From: Sandaracinaceae bacterium
GTDB taxonomy: Bacteria > Myxococcota_A > Polyangia > Polyangiales > Sandaracinaceae
Length of the DNA: 53,380 bases
Direction: 5' to 3'
Assembly (NCBI GenBank): GCA_044220955.1
Contig: JBGAQA010000018.1
Span: 1-53,380, forward strand
Shown: piece by piece, positions 17,652-29,958 of the stretch
Numbering within the stretch: the first letter of the stretch is position 1
How the letters are laid out: each line of letters begins with the position of its first letter
Translations under genes and position numbers: made by a program
Notes under the pieces: model-generated
The model's input: only the letters and a program-made list of their open reading frames with translations
Databases searched by the model: none
Told to the model about the DNA's origin: nothing

Positions 17652-19280
17652 TCACGGGACCGTGCGCGTGCCGGTCAGCGTGCCCGACACCGCGTCGACC
17701 GACCCGAGCAGGGAGCCGTCGAGCGTGACGAGCTGGCCGCGGATGGTGCCGTCGAGCCGATCGACGAGGGCGTCGCCGTCGTCGTCACGGGCGGCCACGT
17801 GCGCGGCCATCGCGATGTGATCGATGTCGTGGTCGACGAGAACGGCGCCGGCCGCGACGATGCTCGTGAGCTCGCCGAGGGCCGCGCTGCACGCGGAGGC
17901 GCGGCACGAGGCGTCGCACGCCGCCAGCGCTGCGGCGCCATCGGTCGTCGCCGCGAAGGACTCGAGCGAGTCGCAGGCGTTCTCGAGCACCACGGGGAGC
18001 CCCGCGACGTGCGCGCGGTCGCCCGCGACGGCGTCGGCCCACGCGAGGGCGAGCGCGCCGGCCTGCGCGTCGATCGGCCCCGTGAACGTGAACGTCGCGT
18101 CGAGCCCCACCGCCGGCATGATCGAGCGGACGATCGGCGCCGCCCGGTTGAGCGAGACGGTGCCGCTCCGGCCGTCGCTGCACCGCAGCGCCTGGGTCGC
18201 CATCGACCCCGTGCCCGAGGCGCCGAGGCTGAACGCGAGGACGACGGTCGGTGCGTCGAGCGCGGCGCCGGCCTCGTCGAGCAGCGCGGCGACGACCTCG
18301 CTCGGCGCGGTCCCGTCGGCGGAGAGCTGCGCCCCGAGCGCTCGGTCGAGCGACGCGCTGCTGCGCAGCATGTGCAACGCGGACGCGTCCGAGGTCGCGC
18401 CCGAGCGCACGAGCTCGGCCTCGATCGCGTTGAACAAGAGCGCCGGGTCTCCGCCGCTCGCTCCGACCGTCGCGCGGAGCGACTCGGCCCAGGCGTGCAC
18501 GCGGCCCTCCAGCGTACCGCTCGCCGAGAGGGTGACCTCGACCGCGTAGCCGCCCTCGAGCCCGAGGGGCACCTCCACGAGCGGGACGTCGACCCGCGTC
18601 GTCGTGTCGGGCGCTGGCATGACGCCCTCGACGCAGCCATCGGCCTCGACCGCGAGGTCGCCGTTCGCGCGCACGAGCACGGCGTACGCGAGCGTGGTCG
18701 GGAGCGCCGCGATCGTCACGTCCTCGGCCCGCGTGCGGACGGTCCGCCCGCCGCTCGTGGGCGGGGTGGAGATCAGCGCCGCGCACGTCGTCGCCGGGAC
18801 GACGTCGATGATCCGGTGCGTGACCGGGCGCGTGCCGACGTAGGGTGCGTGGATCAGCAGCGTGCCGAAGCTCGTCCCGACGCCCACGTCGACGTAGACG
18901 GGCGCCGCGGCCTCGCGCGCCGAGAGCCGCACGTGGAAGCTGGACGCCTCGCTCCCCGCGACGAGCGAGGCGTGCGCGAGGCCGCTCGCGTCGGTGCTGA
19001 CCGTGAGCGCCCCGAGCGTCGAGTCGAGCGCGGTGCCCTCGATCGCCGCGGCGATCACCACGCCCGCGCGCGGGGAGCCGGCTGCATCGAGGAAGCGGAC
19101 GTCGATCACCTCGGTCTGACCCGGTCGCAGGGTGAGCGAGGGCGCGGACAGGAGGGTGAGCGTTCCCGTGGGCGTCGCCGCGTCGGGCGTCCCGGAGTCG
19201 AGCGCCACGTAGCGCGGCCCCGAGCAAGCGATCGCGAGCGCTCCGAGGAGCGTCGCCATCGTGACCAAGCGAAGGAACAT
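17652..19280 (-). CDS. Lipoprotein with N-terminal Big_1/invasin-type Ig-like domain
   Basis: Lipobox AIAC; VRFLDAAGSP...TVSTDASGLAHASL Ig motif. Confidence 0.7.
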   Translation of the reverse strand: MFLRLVTMATLLGALAIACSGPRYVALDSGTPDAATPTGTLTLLSAPSLTLRPGQTEVIDVRFLDAAGSPRAGVVIAAAIEGTALDSTLGALTVSTDASGLAHASLVAGSEASSFHVRLSAREAAAPVYVDVGVGTSFGTLLIHAPYVGTRPVTHRIIDVVPATTCAALISTPPTSGGRTVRTRAEDVTIAALPTTLAYAVLVRANGDLAVEADGCVEGVMPAPDTTTRVDVPLVEVPLGLEGGYAVEVTLSASGTLEGRVHAWAESLRATVGASGGDPALLFNAIEAELVRSGATSDASALHMLRSSASLDRALGAQLSADGTAPSEVVAALLDEAGAALDAPTVVLAFSLGASGTGSMATQALRCSDGRSGTVSLNRAAPIVRSIMPAVGLDATFTFTGPIDAQAGALALAWADAVAGDRAHVAGLPVVLENACDSLESFAATTDGAAALAACDASCRASACSAALGELTSIVAAGAVLVDHDIDHIAMAAHVAARDDDGDALVDRLDGTIRGQLVTLDGSLLGSVDAVSGTLTGTRTVP

Positions 19281-19344
19281 ATGCCTCAGAGCATACCGTC
19301 CCCGCGCGCGCGCGGCATCCTTCCCCTGGCCTTCGGGGCGGGGG

Positions 19345-21177
19345 CTACTCGCACTCCCCCGTCATGAAGTTGCATGTAGGTGTCGACGGCAGGTTCTCCG
19401 CGCAGAACGAGTTTCCGCCGTAGAAATTGCAGCGCGGCGCGCAGATGCTGAAGCTCGAGACCCAGCAGACCTGATCGAGCGAGCCGACCGTCGGGCAGAA
19501 GGAGTTGTCGAAGCAGCGGCACGTGAACTCGTCGATGTTCCCGTCCCCCGTGTCGTCGACGCCGTTGCAGCACTCCCCCATCGGGCCGAAGGGACGGCAG
19601 TCGGGGTCGGCGCAGTCGGTGCGTCCGTCTCCGTCGTCGTCGCGCCCGTTGGTGCACATGGCCACGCCGAGCTCGTTCGTGGTCGGCCCGCCACCGTCGA
19701 GGAAGCCTGCGTCGATCGGCGGCGTGCCCGCGTCGGAGCATCCGGGCCGGCCCCGGCAGTCGCGGTCGGCGCAGTCGATGCGCATGTCGCAGTCGTCGTC
19801 GATGCCGTCGGAGCAGCGCCGCTCGAAGGGTGACGTCGGCACGCACACCGGGCCGCAGGACGGGTCCGTCATGACACAGAAGGGATCCATGCAGTCGGCG
19901 GGTCCGTTGCAGTCGTCGTCGATCCCGTTGTGGCAGTCCTCCGGGAACGAGCAGACGCCGCACATCGGGCCGGCGCAGTCGGGGTCCGTGCAGTCGAACA
20001 ACCCGTCGCAGTCGTCGTCCATCCCGTCGAAGCAGGCGAACTCCCGGTCGGAGCGGGGGATGCAGCCGCCGCATCCCGGCGTGCTGCCGCACACCGGGTC
20101 GCGGCAGTCGACCAGGCCGTTGCAGTCGTCGTCCCGACCGTTGAAGCAGTCGAACTCGAAGGGGCCGCAGGGGCCGCACTCGGGCCGGCCGGCGCACTGC
20201 GGATCGACGCAGTCGGTCAGGCCGTTGCAGTCGTCGTCGCGGCCGTCGCTGCAGGCGAACTCGAACGGTGCGACCGGCACGCACGTGCCACAGCCGGGGC
20301 TCATCGCGCAGAACGGATCGCCGCAGTCGGTCAGGCCGTTGCAGTCGTTGTCCGCGCCGTCGCCGCAGATCTCGGACGTCGTCGTCGAGGTGCAGCCGCG
20401 TCCGGTGACGCAGAAGTCGACCGTGCACGGGTTGCCGTCCTCGCAGAAGAGCGGGGAGCCGCCGACGCAGCGACCGTCGGCCGTGCAGAACTCGCTGCCG
20501 TTGCAGGGGTCGCCGTCGTCGCAGCCGCCCGTCGAGTCGCAGGGGCGCGTCTGGCAGCCGGCCATGACGTCGCAGATCTGCCCGAGCGGGCACTCGGCGG
20601 AGTTCGCCGAGTGCGTGCAGCCGAAGCCCTCGACGCAGAAGTCGTCGGTGCACGAGACGCCGTCGCCGCAGAACATCGGCGTGCCCGAGAAGCACGTGCC
20701 GCTGCCGGGATCGCAGCGCTCGACGCCGTTGCACGCCTGCCGGTCGTCGCACTCGAAGTCGCTGCTGCAGCGCATGGTGTTCGGGACGCAGCCGCTGAAC
20801 GGATCGCAGCGCAGGCCCGGCGGGCACAGCGAGTCGTCGGGGCGCGAGACGCAGCCGGCGCCCTCGACGCACTGGTCGCTGGTGCACGAGATGCCGTCCT
20901 GGCAGTCGAGCGGCGGCCCCGACTGGCACCGGCCGCCGACGCAGGCCTCGACTCCGTCGCAGAGCCGTCCGTCGTCGCACTGGAAGTCGCTCGTGCACGA
21001 GCCGGCGTCCATCGGAGGCGGGGGCCCCATGTCGCGCCCGAACGCGTCGGGGCGGGTCCCGGCGTCGCCCGCGTCGGCGTGGATCTCGAGCGCGGTGCGG
21101 ACGCCGCAGCCCGCGACGGACGCCGTCAGAACGCCCAGGCAGGAGGTGAAGAGAAAGAAGTGCGTGAAGCTGCGCAT
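19345..21177 (-). CDS. Cys/Asp-rich repeat lipoprotein (MopE-like putative metal-binding repeats)
   Basis: Lipobox VAGC; N-terminal C.DG..C repeats; seven DDDCxGxxDCxDxxC-type units plus one partial; 610 aa. Confidence 0.85.
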   Translation of the reverse strand: MRSFTHFFLFTSCLGVLTASVAGCGVRTALEIHADAGDAGTRPDAFGRDMGPPPPMDAGSCTSDFQCDDGRLCDGVEACVGGRCQSGPPLDCQDGISCTSDQCVEGAGCVSRPDDSLCPPGLRCDPFSGCVPNTMRCSSDFECDDRQACNGVERCDPGSGTCFSGTPMFCGDGVSCTDDFCVEGFGCTHSANSAECPLGQICDVMAGCQTRPCDSTGGCDDGDPCNGSEFCTADGRCVGGSPLFCEDGNPCTVDFCVTGRGCTSTTTSEICGDGADNDCNGLTDCGDPFCAMSPGCGTCVPVAPFEFACSDGRDDDCNGLTDCVDPQCAGRPECGPCGPFEFDCFNGRDDDCNGLVDCRDPVCGSTPGCGGCIPRSDREFACFDGMDDDCDGLFDCTDPDCAGPMCGVCSFPEDCHNGIDDDCNGPADCMDPFCVMTDPSCGPVCVPTSPFERRCSDGIDDDCDMRIDCADRDCRGRPGCSDAGTPPIDAGFLDGGGPTTNELGVAMCTNGRDDDGDGRTDCADPDCRPFGPMGECCNGVDDTGDGNIDEFTCRCFDNSFCPTVGSLDQVCWVSSFSICAPRCNFYGGNSFCAENLPSTPTCNFMTGECE

Positions 21178-21248
21178 GTCGGCCCCTGAGAGGCCTAGCG
21201 TACCCCGGTCGCGCTCCCGGCGCGAAGATCGGCCCGGGCGGCGCGGAT

Positions 21249-22039
21249 TCAGCCGCCCCCGTCGCCCTTGCCCGAAGGCTCGACGTAGGTCAGCGCCGCC
21301 CGCACGTAGTCGCGGTTCATCCGAGCGATGAAGGCGACGCTGATCTTCTTGGGGCAGGCCGCCTCGCACTCGTAGTGGTTCGAGCAGCCGCCGAAGCCCA
21401 GATCCTCGTGCTTCTTGACCATCTCGAGGACGCGGCCGTCGCGCTCGGCCTGGCCCTGCGGGAGCAGGCCCAGGTGGCTGATCTTGGCCGACATGAAGAG
21501 GCTCGCGCTGGCGTTCGGGCACGCGGCGACGCACGCCCCGCACCCGATGCACGCCGCGGCGTCCATCGCCTCGTCGGCGACGCCCTTGGGGATCGGGTGG
21601 ACGTTCGCGTCGACGGCCGACCCGGCGCGCGCCGTGATGAAGCCACCTGCCTGGATGATCTCGTCGAAGCCGCTGCGGTCGACGGCGAGGTCGCGGATGA
21701 CGGGGAACGCCTCGGCGCGGAAGGGCTCGACCCACACCTCTTCTCCGGAGTGGAAGTGGCGCATGTGGAGCTGGCAGGCCGTCGTCGCCTTCTGGGGCCC
21801 GTGCGGGCGGCCGTTGATCATCATCCCGCACATGCCGCAGATGCCCTCGCGGCAGTCGTGGTCGAACACGATCGGTGACTTGCCCGCCTCGACGAGCCGC
21901 TCGTTGACGACGTCGAGGAATTCGAGGAACGACGCGTGCGTCGAGATGTCCTTGGCGTAGGTCGAGTAGTCCTCGAAGCGCCCGGCGTCCTTCGGACCGT
22001 CCTGGCGCCACACGTGCAGCTTGAGATCGATGGTGTCGC

Positions 22040-22043
<4 letters not shown>
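21249..22043 (-). CDS. sdhB: Succinate dehydrogenase/fumarate reductase iron-sulfur subunit
   Basis: [37 protein letters not shown] clusters. Confidence 0.95.
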
Positions 22044-23986
<1,943 letters not shown>

Positions 23987-23988
23987 CG

Positions 23989-24681
23989 TCACTGGACCTC
24001 CGCGCCGACGACGCGCGCGAGCACGAGGAGCGGGATCGCCACGTTGCCGGTTCCCACGAACGCCGCGAAGAACGCGCTGCCGCGCTTGATGGAGGGCTGG
24101 TAGCGCGGGTGCGCGAACCCGATGCTCTGGAAGAGCGCCTGCCCGCCGTGGAAGAGGTGCAGGCAGAGCATCGCGTTGGCCGCCATGTAGATCGCGGTGA
24201 TCCACCAGACTCGGAAGCCGTGCACCACGTTCGCGTACACGTGGCCGTCCTGGAACTCGTAGCCCGGGACGACCGACGCACCGCCGGTGAGGTGCGCGAG
24301 GTGGAACACGACGTACGCGGCGAGCAGCGGCCCGGTCAGCATCATCGTCGTGCGCCCGAGCGTCTGCAGCGAGCTCATCGGCGCCGCCTCTTCGAACTTG
24401 CGGTACGGCACGCGGCGGGCCGCGCGCGCCCGCCGCGCGACGTCGAAGGTGAGCACGACGTGCGTGACGAGCGAGACCAGCATGACGGCGCGCATCGCCC
24501 AGAGCAGCTCGGGGATCGCGTGGAGCAGCCGGCCGTAGTCGTCGAGGGCCTCCTGGCCGAGGAAGAGGAGGAGGTTGCCGGCGAGGTGCGCGATCACGAA
24601 TCCGAACAGGATGGCGCCCGTCACTCCGACGATCGCCTTCTTCCCGACGGTCGTGTCGACCAGGGTCAGAGCCTTCTGCAT
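23989..24681 (-). CDS. sdhC: Succinate dehydrogenase cytochrome b subunit (single anchor)
   Basis: TTVGKK...GVTG, HLAGN, five TM helices with His ligands (THV, FHL, HLFHG); first gene of sdhCAB. Confidence 0.92.
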   Translation of the reverse strand: MQKALTLVDTTVGKKAIVGVTGAILFGFVIAHLAGNLLLFLGQEALDDYGRLLHAIPELLWAMRAVMLVSLVTHVVLTFDVARRARAARRVPYRKFEEAAPMSSLQTLGRTTMMLTGPLLAAYVVFHLAHLTGGASVVPGYEFQDGHVYANVVHGFRVWWITAIYMAANAMLCLHLFHGGQALFQSIGFAHPRYQPSIKRGSAFFAAFVGTGNVAIPLLVLARVVGAEVQ

Positions 24682-24763
24682 GGAAGCGCGCGAGCCTTAC
24701 ACCCGCGAAGGCGACGGATCAAAGGCCAAGCGGCCCGATTCCACCGGGCCCGCGCCCTGCCCG

Positions 24764-26083
24764 CTACGCGCCGAGCTCGGTGAGGCAGGCGTCGAAGATC
24801 TCGAGCCCCCGATCGACGTCGTAGGCGGTGAGCACGAGCGGCGGCGCGACGCGGATCACCGACTTGCCGCACCCGAGCAAGAGCAGGCCCTTCGTGAACG
24901 CGAGCTGCTCGAGCTTGCCCATGAGCTCGCCGGCCGGCTCCTTGGTCTTGCGGTCGGCGACGAGCTCGACCCCGATGAAGAGGCCCTTGCCCCGGACATC
25001 GCCGATGCACGGGTGCTTGGCCTCTAGCTTCTCGAAGCCCGCCATCAGGCGGGCGCCCATCTCGACCGCGTTGGCCGTGAGGCCGCCTCGCAAGAGGCCG
25101 ATGGTCGCGAGCGCGGAGGCGCACGCCACGGGGTTGCCGCCGTAGGTGGAGCCGTGCGAGCCGCGTGGCCACGTCATCACCGACTCCTTGGCGACGATCG
25201 CGCCGATCGGCAGCCCCGCGCCGATGCCCTTGGCGGACACGAAGATGTCGGGAACGACGCCGAAGTGCTCCGACGCCCACATCTTGCCCGTGCGCCCGGC
25301 CCCCGTCTGGACCTCGTCGAACACGAGCATGATGCCGTGCTGATCGCAGAACGTCCGCCAGAACTGGACGAACTCCTTCGCCGGGACGACGTAGCCGCCC
25401 TCGCCCTGGAAGGGCTCCATCACGATGGCCGCGATCTCCTCGGGCGCGACGAGCGTCTCGAAGAGGTTCTTCGCGGCGGCGAGGCACTCCTCGACGGTGT
25501 TGCGATACGGGTTGTGGAAGGGCAGGTGGTACACGCCCGGCATGAGGGGGCCGAAGCCGGCGCGGTACTTCACCTTCGAGGTCGAGAGGCTGATGCCCGC
25601 GTAGGAGCGCCCGTGGAACGCGCTCTGGAACGAGATGATGCCGTGGCGGTGCGTGTGGTAGCGCGCGAGCTTCACCGCGCCCTCGATCGCCTCGGTGCCC
25701 GAGTTCGAGAGGAACGTGCGCCACTTCCCCCCACCGGGCGCGGACTTCGCGAGCGCCTCGCAGAGGTCGGAGAACCCCTCGTAGTAGAAGTCCGTCCCGC
25801 AGATGTGGAGGAACTTCGCGGCGGCGTCCTGCACGGCCTTCGTGACGACGGGGTGCTGGTAGCCGGTCGACGAGACGGCGATGCCCGCCATCCAGTCGAT
25901 GTAGCGATTGCCGTCGACGTCCTCGACCATCGCGCCCTGGCCGCCCGCGATCGCGAGCGGGTACTCCTTGATGTAGGAGGGAGAGGCGTACTCCTTGTCC
26001 TTGGCGATGATCGCCTGGGCCTTCGGGCCGGGGGGCGCGGTGAGGATGCGCGGATACTCTGCCTTCGTGTCGGGCACGGTCAC
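24764..26083 (-). CDS. Class III PLP aminotransferase (GABA/ornithine aminotransferase family)
   Basis: DVDGNRYID, NSGTEAIE, AFHGRS, EPFQGEGG, FDEVQTG, SAKG, HGSTYGGNP; GTGA overlap. Confidence 0.92.
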   Translation of the reverse strand: MTVPDTKAEYPRILTAPPGPKAQAIIAKDKEYASPSYIKEYPLAIAGGQGAMVEDVDGNRYIDWMAGIAVSSTGYQHPVVTKAVQDAAAKFLHICGTDFYYEGFSDLCEALAKSAPGGGKWRTFLSNSGTEAIEGAVKLARYHTHRHGIISFQSAFHGRSYAGISLSTSKVKYRAGFGPLMPGVYHLPFHNPYRNTVEECLAAAKNLFETLVAPEEIAAIVMEPFQGEGGYVVPAKEFVQFWRTFCDQHGIMLVFDEVQTGAGRTGKMWASEHFGVVPDIFVSAKGIGAGLPIGAIVAKESVMTWPRGSHGSTYGGNPVACASALATIGLLRGGLTANAVEMGARLMAGFEKLEAKHPCIGDVRGKGLFIGVELVADRKTKEPAGELMGKLEQLAFTKGLLLLGCGKSVIRVAPPLVLTAYDVDRGLEIFDACLTELGA

Positions 26084-27645
26084 TCCATGATGGTGCGGGA
26101 CTGCTCGCGCAGGAACTGCTGGACGTAGTAGGGCCCGCAGCCGCCCTTGCCGGTCGAGCCCGAGCCCTTCCAGCCGCAGAACGACTGCACGCCGGGCCAC
26201 GCGCCGGTCGTGGCGCCCGAGGGACGGTTCGCGTAGCAGACGCCGGACTCGACCTCGTCGAAGAAGCGCTCGATCTCGTCCTTCTTGGCGGTGAAGATGC
26301 CCGCCGTCAGGCCGTACTCGGCCTTGTTCGACTCGGCGATGGCCTGATCCATCGAGCGGACCTTGCCGACCGAGAGGAAGGGGACGAAGAGCTCGCGGAA
26401 GAAGAGCTCGTGATCGAGCGGGAGCGCGGCGATGGTCGGGGCGACGAAGTGTCCGCGATCGAACACGCCGCCCGCGAGGCGCGCGCCGCCGAGGACGATC
26501 TCGCCGCCCTTCTTGGCCGACTCGACCGCGCCCTCGAACGTCTTGACCGCGCGCGCGTTGACGACGGGGCCGAAGTACACGTCCTTCTCCGAAGGGTCCC
26601 CGCACTTGATGGCGCGCGTCTTGTCGACGAGCTTGGTGAGGAACGCGTCGTACACGGCCTCGTGCACGTACACGCGCGAGCACGCCGAGCACTTCTGGCC
26701 CTGCAGGCCGAAGGCCGACTTCATCACGCCGCTCGCCGCGTCCTCGAGGTTCGCGGTCTCCGAGACGTAGGTCGGGTTCTTCCCGCCGAGCTCCATCAGC
26801 GCCGGCTTCGGGTAGGCCGAGGAGAACTCCTTGACCATCCGCATGCCGACCTCCTTCGAGCCGGTGAACACGATCCCGTCGACGGCGGGGTTCTTCCAGA
26901 GCGCGTCGCCGATCGCGGCGCCGGTGCCCGTGACGAAGTGGAACGCGCCCGCGGGCACGCCCGCGTCGCGGTAGCACTCGTAGAGCATGAGCCCCGTCCA
27001 GGGCGCGTCCTGAGCCGGCTTGTAGACGACCGCGTTGCCGGCGAGCAGCGCCGCGGCGGACATGCCCGTCGAGAGCGCCATCGGGAAGTTGAAGGGCGCG
27101 ATGCAGACGAACACGCCGTAGGGGCGGAGCACCGAGCGCGTGTTCTCGTTCGGGAGGAGCTTGCCGAGCGGCTTCACGAAGCCGTTCGCGTCGACGACCT
27201 GCTGCGCGTAGTAGTCGATGAGGTCCGCCGACTCCTCGGCGTCGCCCATCGCCTCCATGCGGCTCTTGCCGACCTCGAGGCTCATCACGGCACCGATCTC
27301 GTACTTGCGCTCACGGATGATCGTGGCCGCCTTGCGCAGCGTCTCGACGCGCGACTGCCACGAGCGAGCGGCCCACTCCTTCTGGGCCAGCCTCGCGGCG
27401 CGGCAGGCCTGATCCACGTGATCGGCCGTGGCGGAGGCGAAGCGACCGAGCAGCGCGCCGTCGATCGGCGAGAAGTCCGAGAGCGGCTCCGACCTCGACT
27501 CGACGGCCTGGCCCGAGATCCACAGCGGGTGCGTGCGACCTGCCTTGCCTCGCACCGACGCGAGCGCCGCGTCGAAGTCCGCGTGGAACTGCGTGAGATC
27601 CATGTTCACGGACGTGTACGTGATCTTGAACGGAGCGCTGGACAT
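26080..27645 (-). CDS. Aldehyde dehydrogenase, P5C dehydrogenase (RocA/PruA)-like
   Basis: IAPFNFP, FTGSKEVG, ELGGKN, GQKCSACSR, ELFVP, YGLTAG; GGAG RBS. Confidence 0.9.
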   Translation of the reverse strand: MSSAPFKITYTSVNMDLTQFHADFDAALASVRGKAGRTHPLWISGQAVESRSEPLSDFSPIDGALLGRFASATADHVDQACRAARLAQKEWAARSWQSRVETLRKAATIIRERKYEIGAVMSLEVGKSRMEAMGDAEESADLIDYYAQQVVDANGFVKPLGKLLPNENTRSVLRPYGVFVCIAPFNFPMALSTGMSAAALLAGNAVVYKPAQDAPWTGLMLYECYRDAGVPAGAFHFVTGTGAAIGDALWKNPAVDGIVFTGSKEVGMRMVKEFSSAYPKPALMELGGKNPTYVSETANLEDAASGVMKSAFGLQGQKCSACSRVYVHEAVYDAFLTKLVDKTRAIKCGDPSEKDVYFGPVVNARAVKTFEGAVESAKKGGEIVLGGARLAGGVFDRGHFVAPTIAALPLDHELFFRELFVPFLSVGKVRSMDQAIAESNKAEYGLTAGIFTAKKDEIERFFDEVESGVCYANRPSGATTGAWPGVQSFCGWKGSGSTGKGGCGPYYVQQFLREQSRTIME

Positions 27646-27739
27646 GGGGTCTCTCCGGTGTCGGCGAAGGGGGCGCGAAGATAGCGGACGGCCCCCACCC
27701 ACGCACGGGCCACGCCGCGCGGTCGCGAGGGGCCGGCTC

Positions 27740-29263
27740 CTAGGGTCGGCCCGCGAGGATCGCGCGCGCCGTGCGGAGGCCGAACGTGTAGATGGGTAGC
27801 TGCGGCGGCGTGCCTGTGCTCGTCGGGAAGACCGAGCCGTCGGCGATCCAGAGGCCGGCGAGGTGGTGGTGAGCGCCGCGCTCGTCGGTCACCGACGTCC
27901 GCGGGTCGGTGCCCATCGGCATCGAGCCCATCGGGTGCACCGCGGTGAGCGGGACGTCGTGGGGCAGCATGCGCTCGCTCGTGAAGGCCTCGAGCTCGTG
28001 CTCGGTCCGCGCCGTGAACGGCGGAATGCCCGGGATGCGCACCTCGCGCGCGCCCGCGGCGAGCAGGATGCGGCCGGCGGCACGCGCCCCCAGCGCGAGC
28101 GTCTCTCGGTCCGCCGGGACGGGCCGATACGCGATCCGCGAGCGCTCGCCGTCCCAGTAGACGCGCCCCTCGGTCTCGTCGTGCGCCATCGCCGCGATGA
28201 CCGCCATGCGCGGGTAGTCGCGCATCGCGCGCATGAGGCGCGGACCGAACCCGGGCATCATCGCCGCCGTGCCCGCGGGGTGCGCGAAGCTCGGTACGAG
28301 CCAGACGCGGCTGCGCGAGCCGCGCGAGAGATCGAGGTGCTCGGTGCACTCGTAGCTCTGCGGGATCCCGCGCCACGCCTCGATCCGCTCGTCGAAGAGG
28401 CCCGCGACCGCGACTCCGGGGTGCAGGTGCAGGCCGACGCCCGCGCGACCGAAGGGATCCGGCACGTCGCTGCGGAGCGCGAGGGCGGGCGATCCGATCG
28501 CGCTGCCGGCCAGCACCACGACCGGCGCGCGGGCCGAGAGCGTCCCACGTGCCACGCCGGCGGCGTCCAAGAGCGTCGCCTCCACGCCGAGGGCGCGCGC
28601 GCCGTCGTGCACGACGCGGGTCACCCGCGCGTCGGAGACGATCGTCGCTCCCGCCTCGCTCGCCCGCGGGAGCACGACGCGCCGCGCGTTGAGCTTGGCG
28701 TCGTACGCGCAGCCGAGCTCGCAGAACCCGCTCCCGACGCAGCGCTCGTCGCGGTTGTGCGAGAGCATCCCGCCCCGCCACCCGAGCGCCTCCACTCCGC
28801 GGCGCATCACCGCGTTGTGGGCGCTCAGGCGCTCGGGGCCGATCGGGCGCACGCCGATCAGCCTCTCGACCTCCGCGAAGAGCGCGTCGAGCGCCGCGTC
28901 GGTCAGCGACGAGAGCCCGAGATCCTCCCGCCAGTGGTGGACGATCTCGGGCGCCAGGCGCTTGACGAGGTTCGTGTTGTGCACCGTGGAGCCGCCGAGC
29001 CCCTTGCCCGAGAGGACGAGCAGCGCGAGGTCGTCGGTGCGCTGCCCGCCCATCTCGCGGAAGAGCGCGGGGATCATGTGCTCCTCGCGCTGGTCGAAGT
29101 CGGCGGGCCGGTGGTCTCGACCTTCCTCGAGCACGAGTACCGAGCGACCGGCCGACGCGAGCGCGAGCGCGCAGGTCGATCCGCCGGCGCCGCTGCCGAC
29201 GACGATGGCGTCGACGTCGAATTCGGCAGGGCTCGCCAGATCGGCCCCGGCGAGGAACGTCAC
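27740..29263 (-). CDS. GMC-family FAD oxidoreductase (long-chain alcohol oxidase-like)
   Basis: VVGSGAGG, LGGSTVHN, C..SGFCELGC, AVHPMGS, IADGSVFPTS; GTGA overlap. Confidence 0.9.
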   Translation of the reverse strand: MTFLAGADLASPAEFDVDAIVVGSGAGGSTCALALASAGRSVLVLEEGRDHRPADFDQREEHMIPALFREMGGQRTDDLALLVLSGKGLGGSTVHNTNLVKRLAPEIVHHWREDLGLSSLTDAALDALFAEVERLIGVRPIGPERLSAHNAVMRRGVEALGWRGGMLSHNRDERCVGSGFCELGCAYDAKLNARRVVLPRASEAGATIVSDARVTRVVHDGARALGVEATLLDAAGVARGTLSARAPVVVLAGSAIGSPALALRSDVPDPFGRAGVGLHLHPGVAVAGLFDERIEAWRGIPQSYECTEHLDLSRGSRSRVWLVPSFAHPAGTAAMMPGFGPRLMRAMRDYPRMAVIAAMAHDETEGRVYWDGERSRIAYRPVPADRETLALGARAAGRILLAAGAREVRIPGIPPFTARTEHELEAFTSERMLPHDVPLTAVHPMGSMPMGTDPRTSVTDERGAHHHLAGLWIADGSVFPTSTGTPPQLPIYTFGLRTARAILAGRP

Positions 29264-29859
29264 GACCCACCTCCGGCGCGCGGGCGCCGCGCGGCAGGGC
29301 CCCATCCCTCGCCTGGGCGTGCGACGAGCGGACCGTCGTAGCCGATCGCGTCCCACGTGCGAGGATCACTGAAGTACGAGAGGGCGCAGAGGGACTTGAG
29401 CGCGACGAACGCACCGCGCAAGAGCGGGGTCGCGCTGCTCTCCATCGACTCCAGCACGAGATCCTGCTCCTCGCCGCTGGCCCGGCTGAAGCGGGAGAGC
29501 ACTCCGGCCGAGAGCGGCAGCACGTGCTCGAGCGCGTGCACCAGCCGCAGCAGGTCTCGCCGGTTCGCGGCGTCCATCCCCGCCACGAAGTGATCGATCG
29601 CGCAGCCGATCTCGAGCTGCTCGGGCGCCGGTAGATCGTCCGCGTCGCGCCGCAAGATCCGGGACGCCGCCGCCGAGACGACGAGGTACTCCTTGGCGCT
29701 CAGGGCCTCGAGGCGCGCGAGCACCGCGTCGGGGAGCGCGTAGCCGCTCGTCTGGTAGGCGAGCGTCCCGCCCACGCCGAGCAGGAGCGCGCCTCCGAGC
29801 CCGAGCCGCACGAAGCGCCGCCGCGTGATCGTCGGACGCTCGCCGGACCGCGGCCGCAT
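29260..29859 (-). CDS. Tat-signal partner subunit (gluconate 2-dehydrogenase subunit 3-like)
   Basis: TRRRFVRLG twin-arginine signal; C-terminal YFSDPRTWDAIGYDGP. Confidence 0.85.
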   Translation of the reverse strand: MRPRSGERPTITRRRFVRLGLGGALLLGVGGTLAYQTSGYALPDAVLARLEALSAKEYLVVSAAASRILRRDADDLPAPEQLEIGCAIDHFVAGMDAANRRDLLRLVHALEHVLPLSAGVLSRFSRASGEEQDLVLESMESSATPLLRGAFVALKSLCALSYFSDPRTWDAIGYDGPLVARPGEGWGPAARRPRAGGGS

Positions 29860-29892
29860 GGAGCATCGTTCCCGGAGCGGGCTCACGGCTGA

Positions 29893-29906
29893 TTGTGCCA
29901 GATCAA
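29893..29906. promoter_or_regulatory. FNR/CRP-family box TTGTG-CCAG-ATCAA
   Basis: 8/10 match to TTGAT-N4-ATCAA, extended by GA..TC flanks; lies in the divergent gap before the GNAT-bcr cluster. Confidence 0.6.
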
Positions 29907-29958
29907 TCGGCGCCATCGTATGTGATGGAAGGACCAGCCCCGTGCGTAGGGGTACCCC

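Noticed and set aside
19500..21000. Periodic GCAGTCGTCGTC repeats resembling a CRISPR array
   Set aside because: They encode DDDC protein repeats, are degenerate and in frame, and no cas genes are present.
19505..21331. 608-aa Gln/Ser-rich + strand ORF
   Set aside because: Antisense mirror of the Cys/Asp repeat lipoprotein (TGC/GAC codons read backwards).
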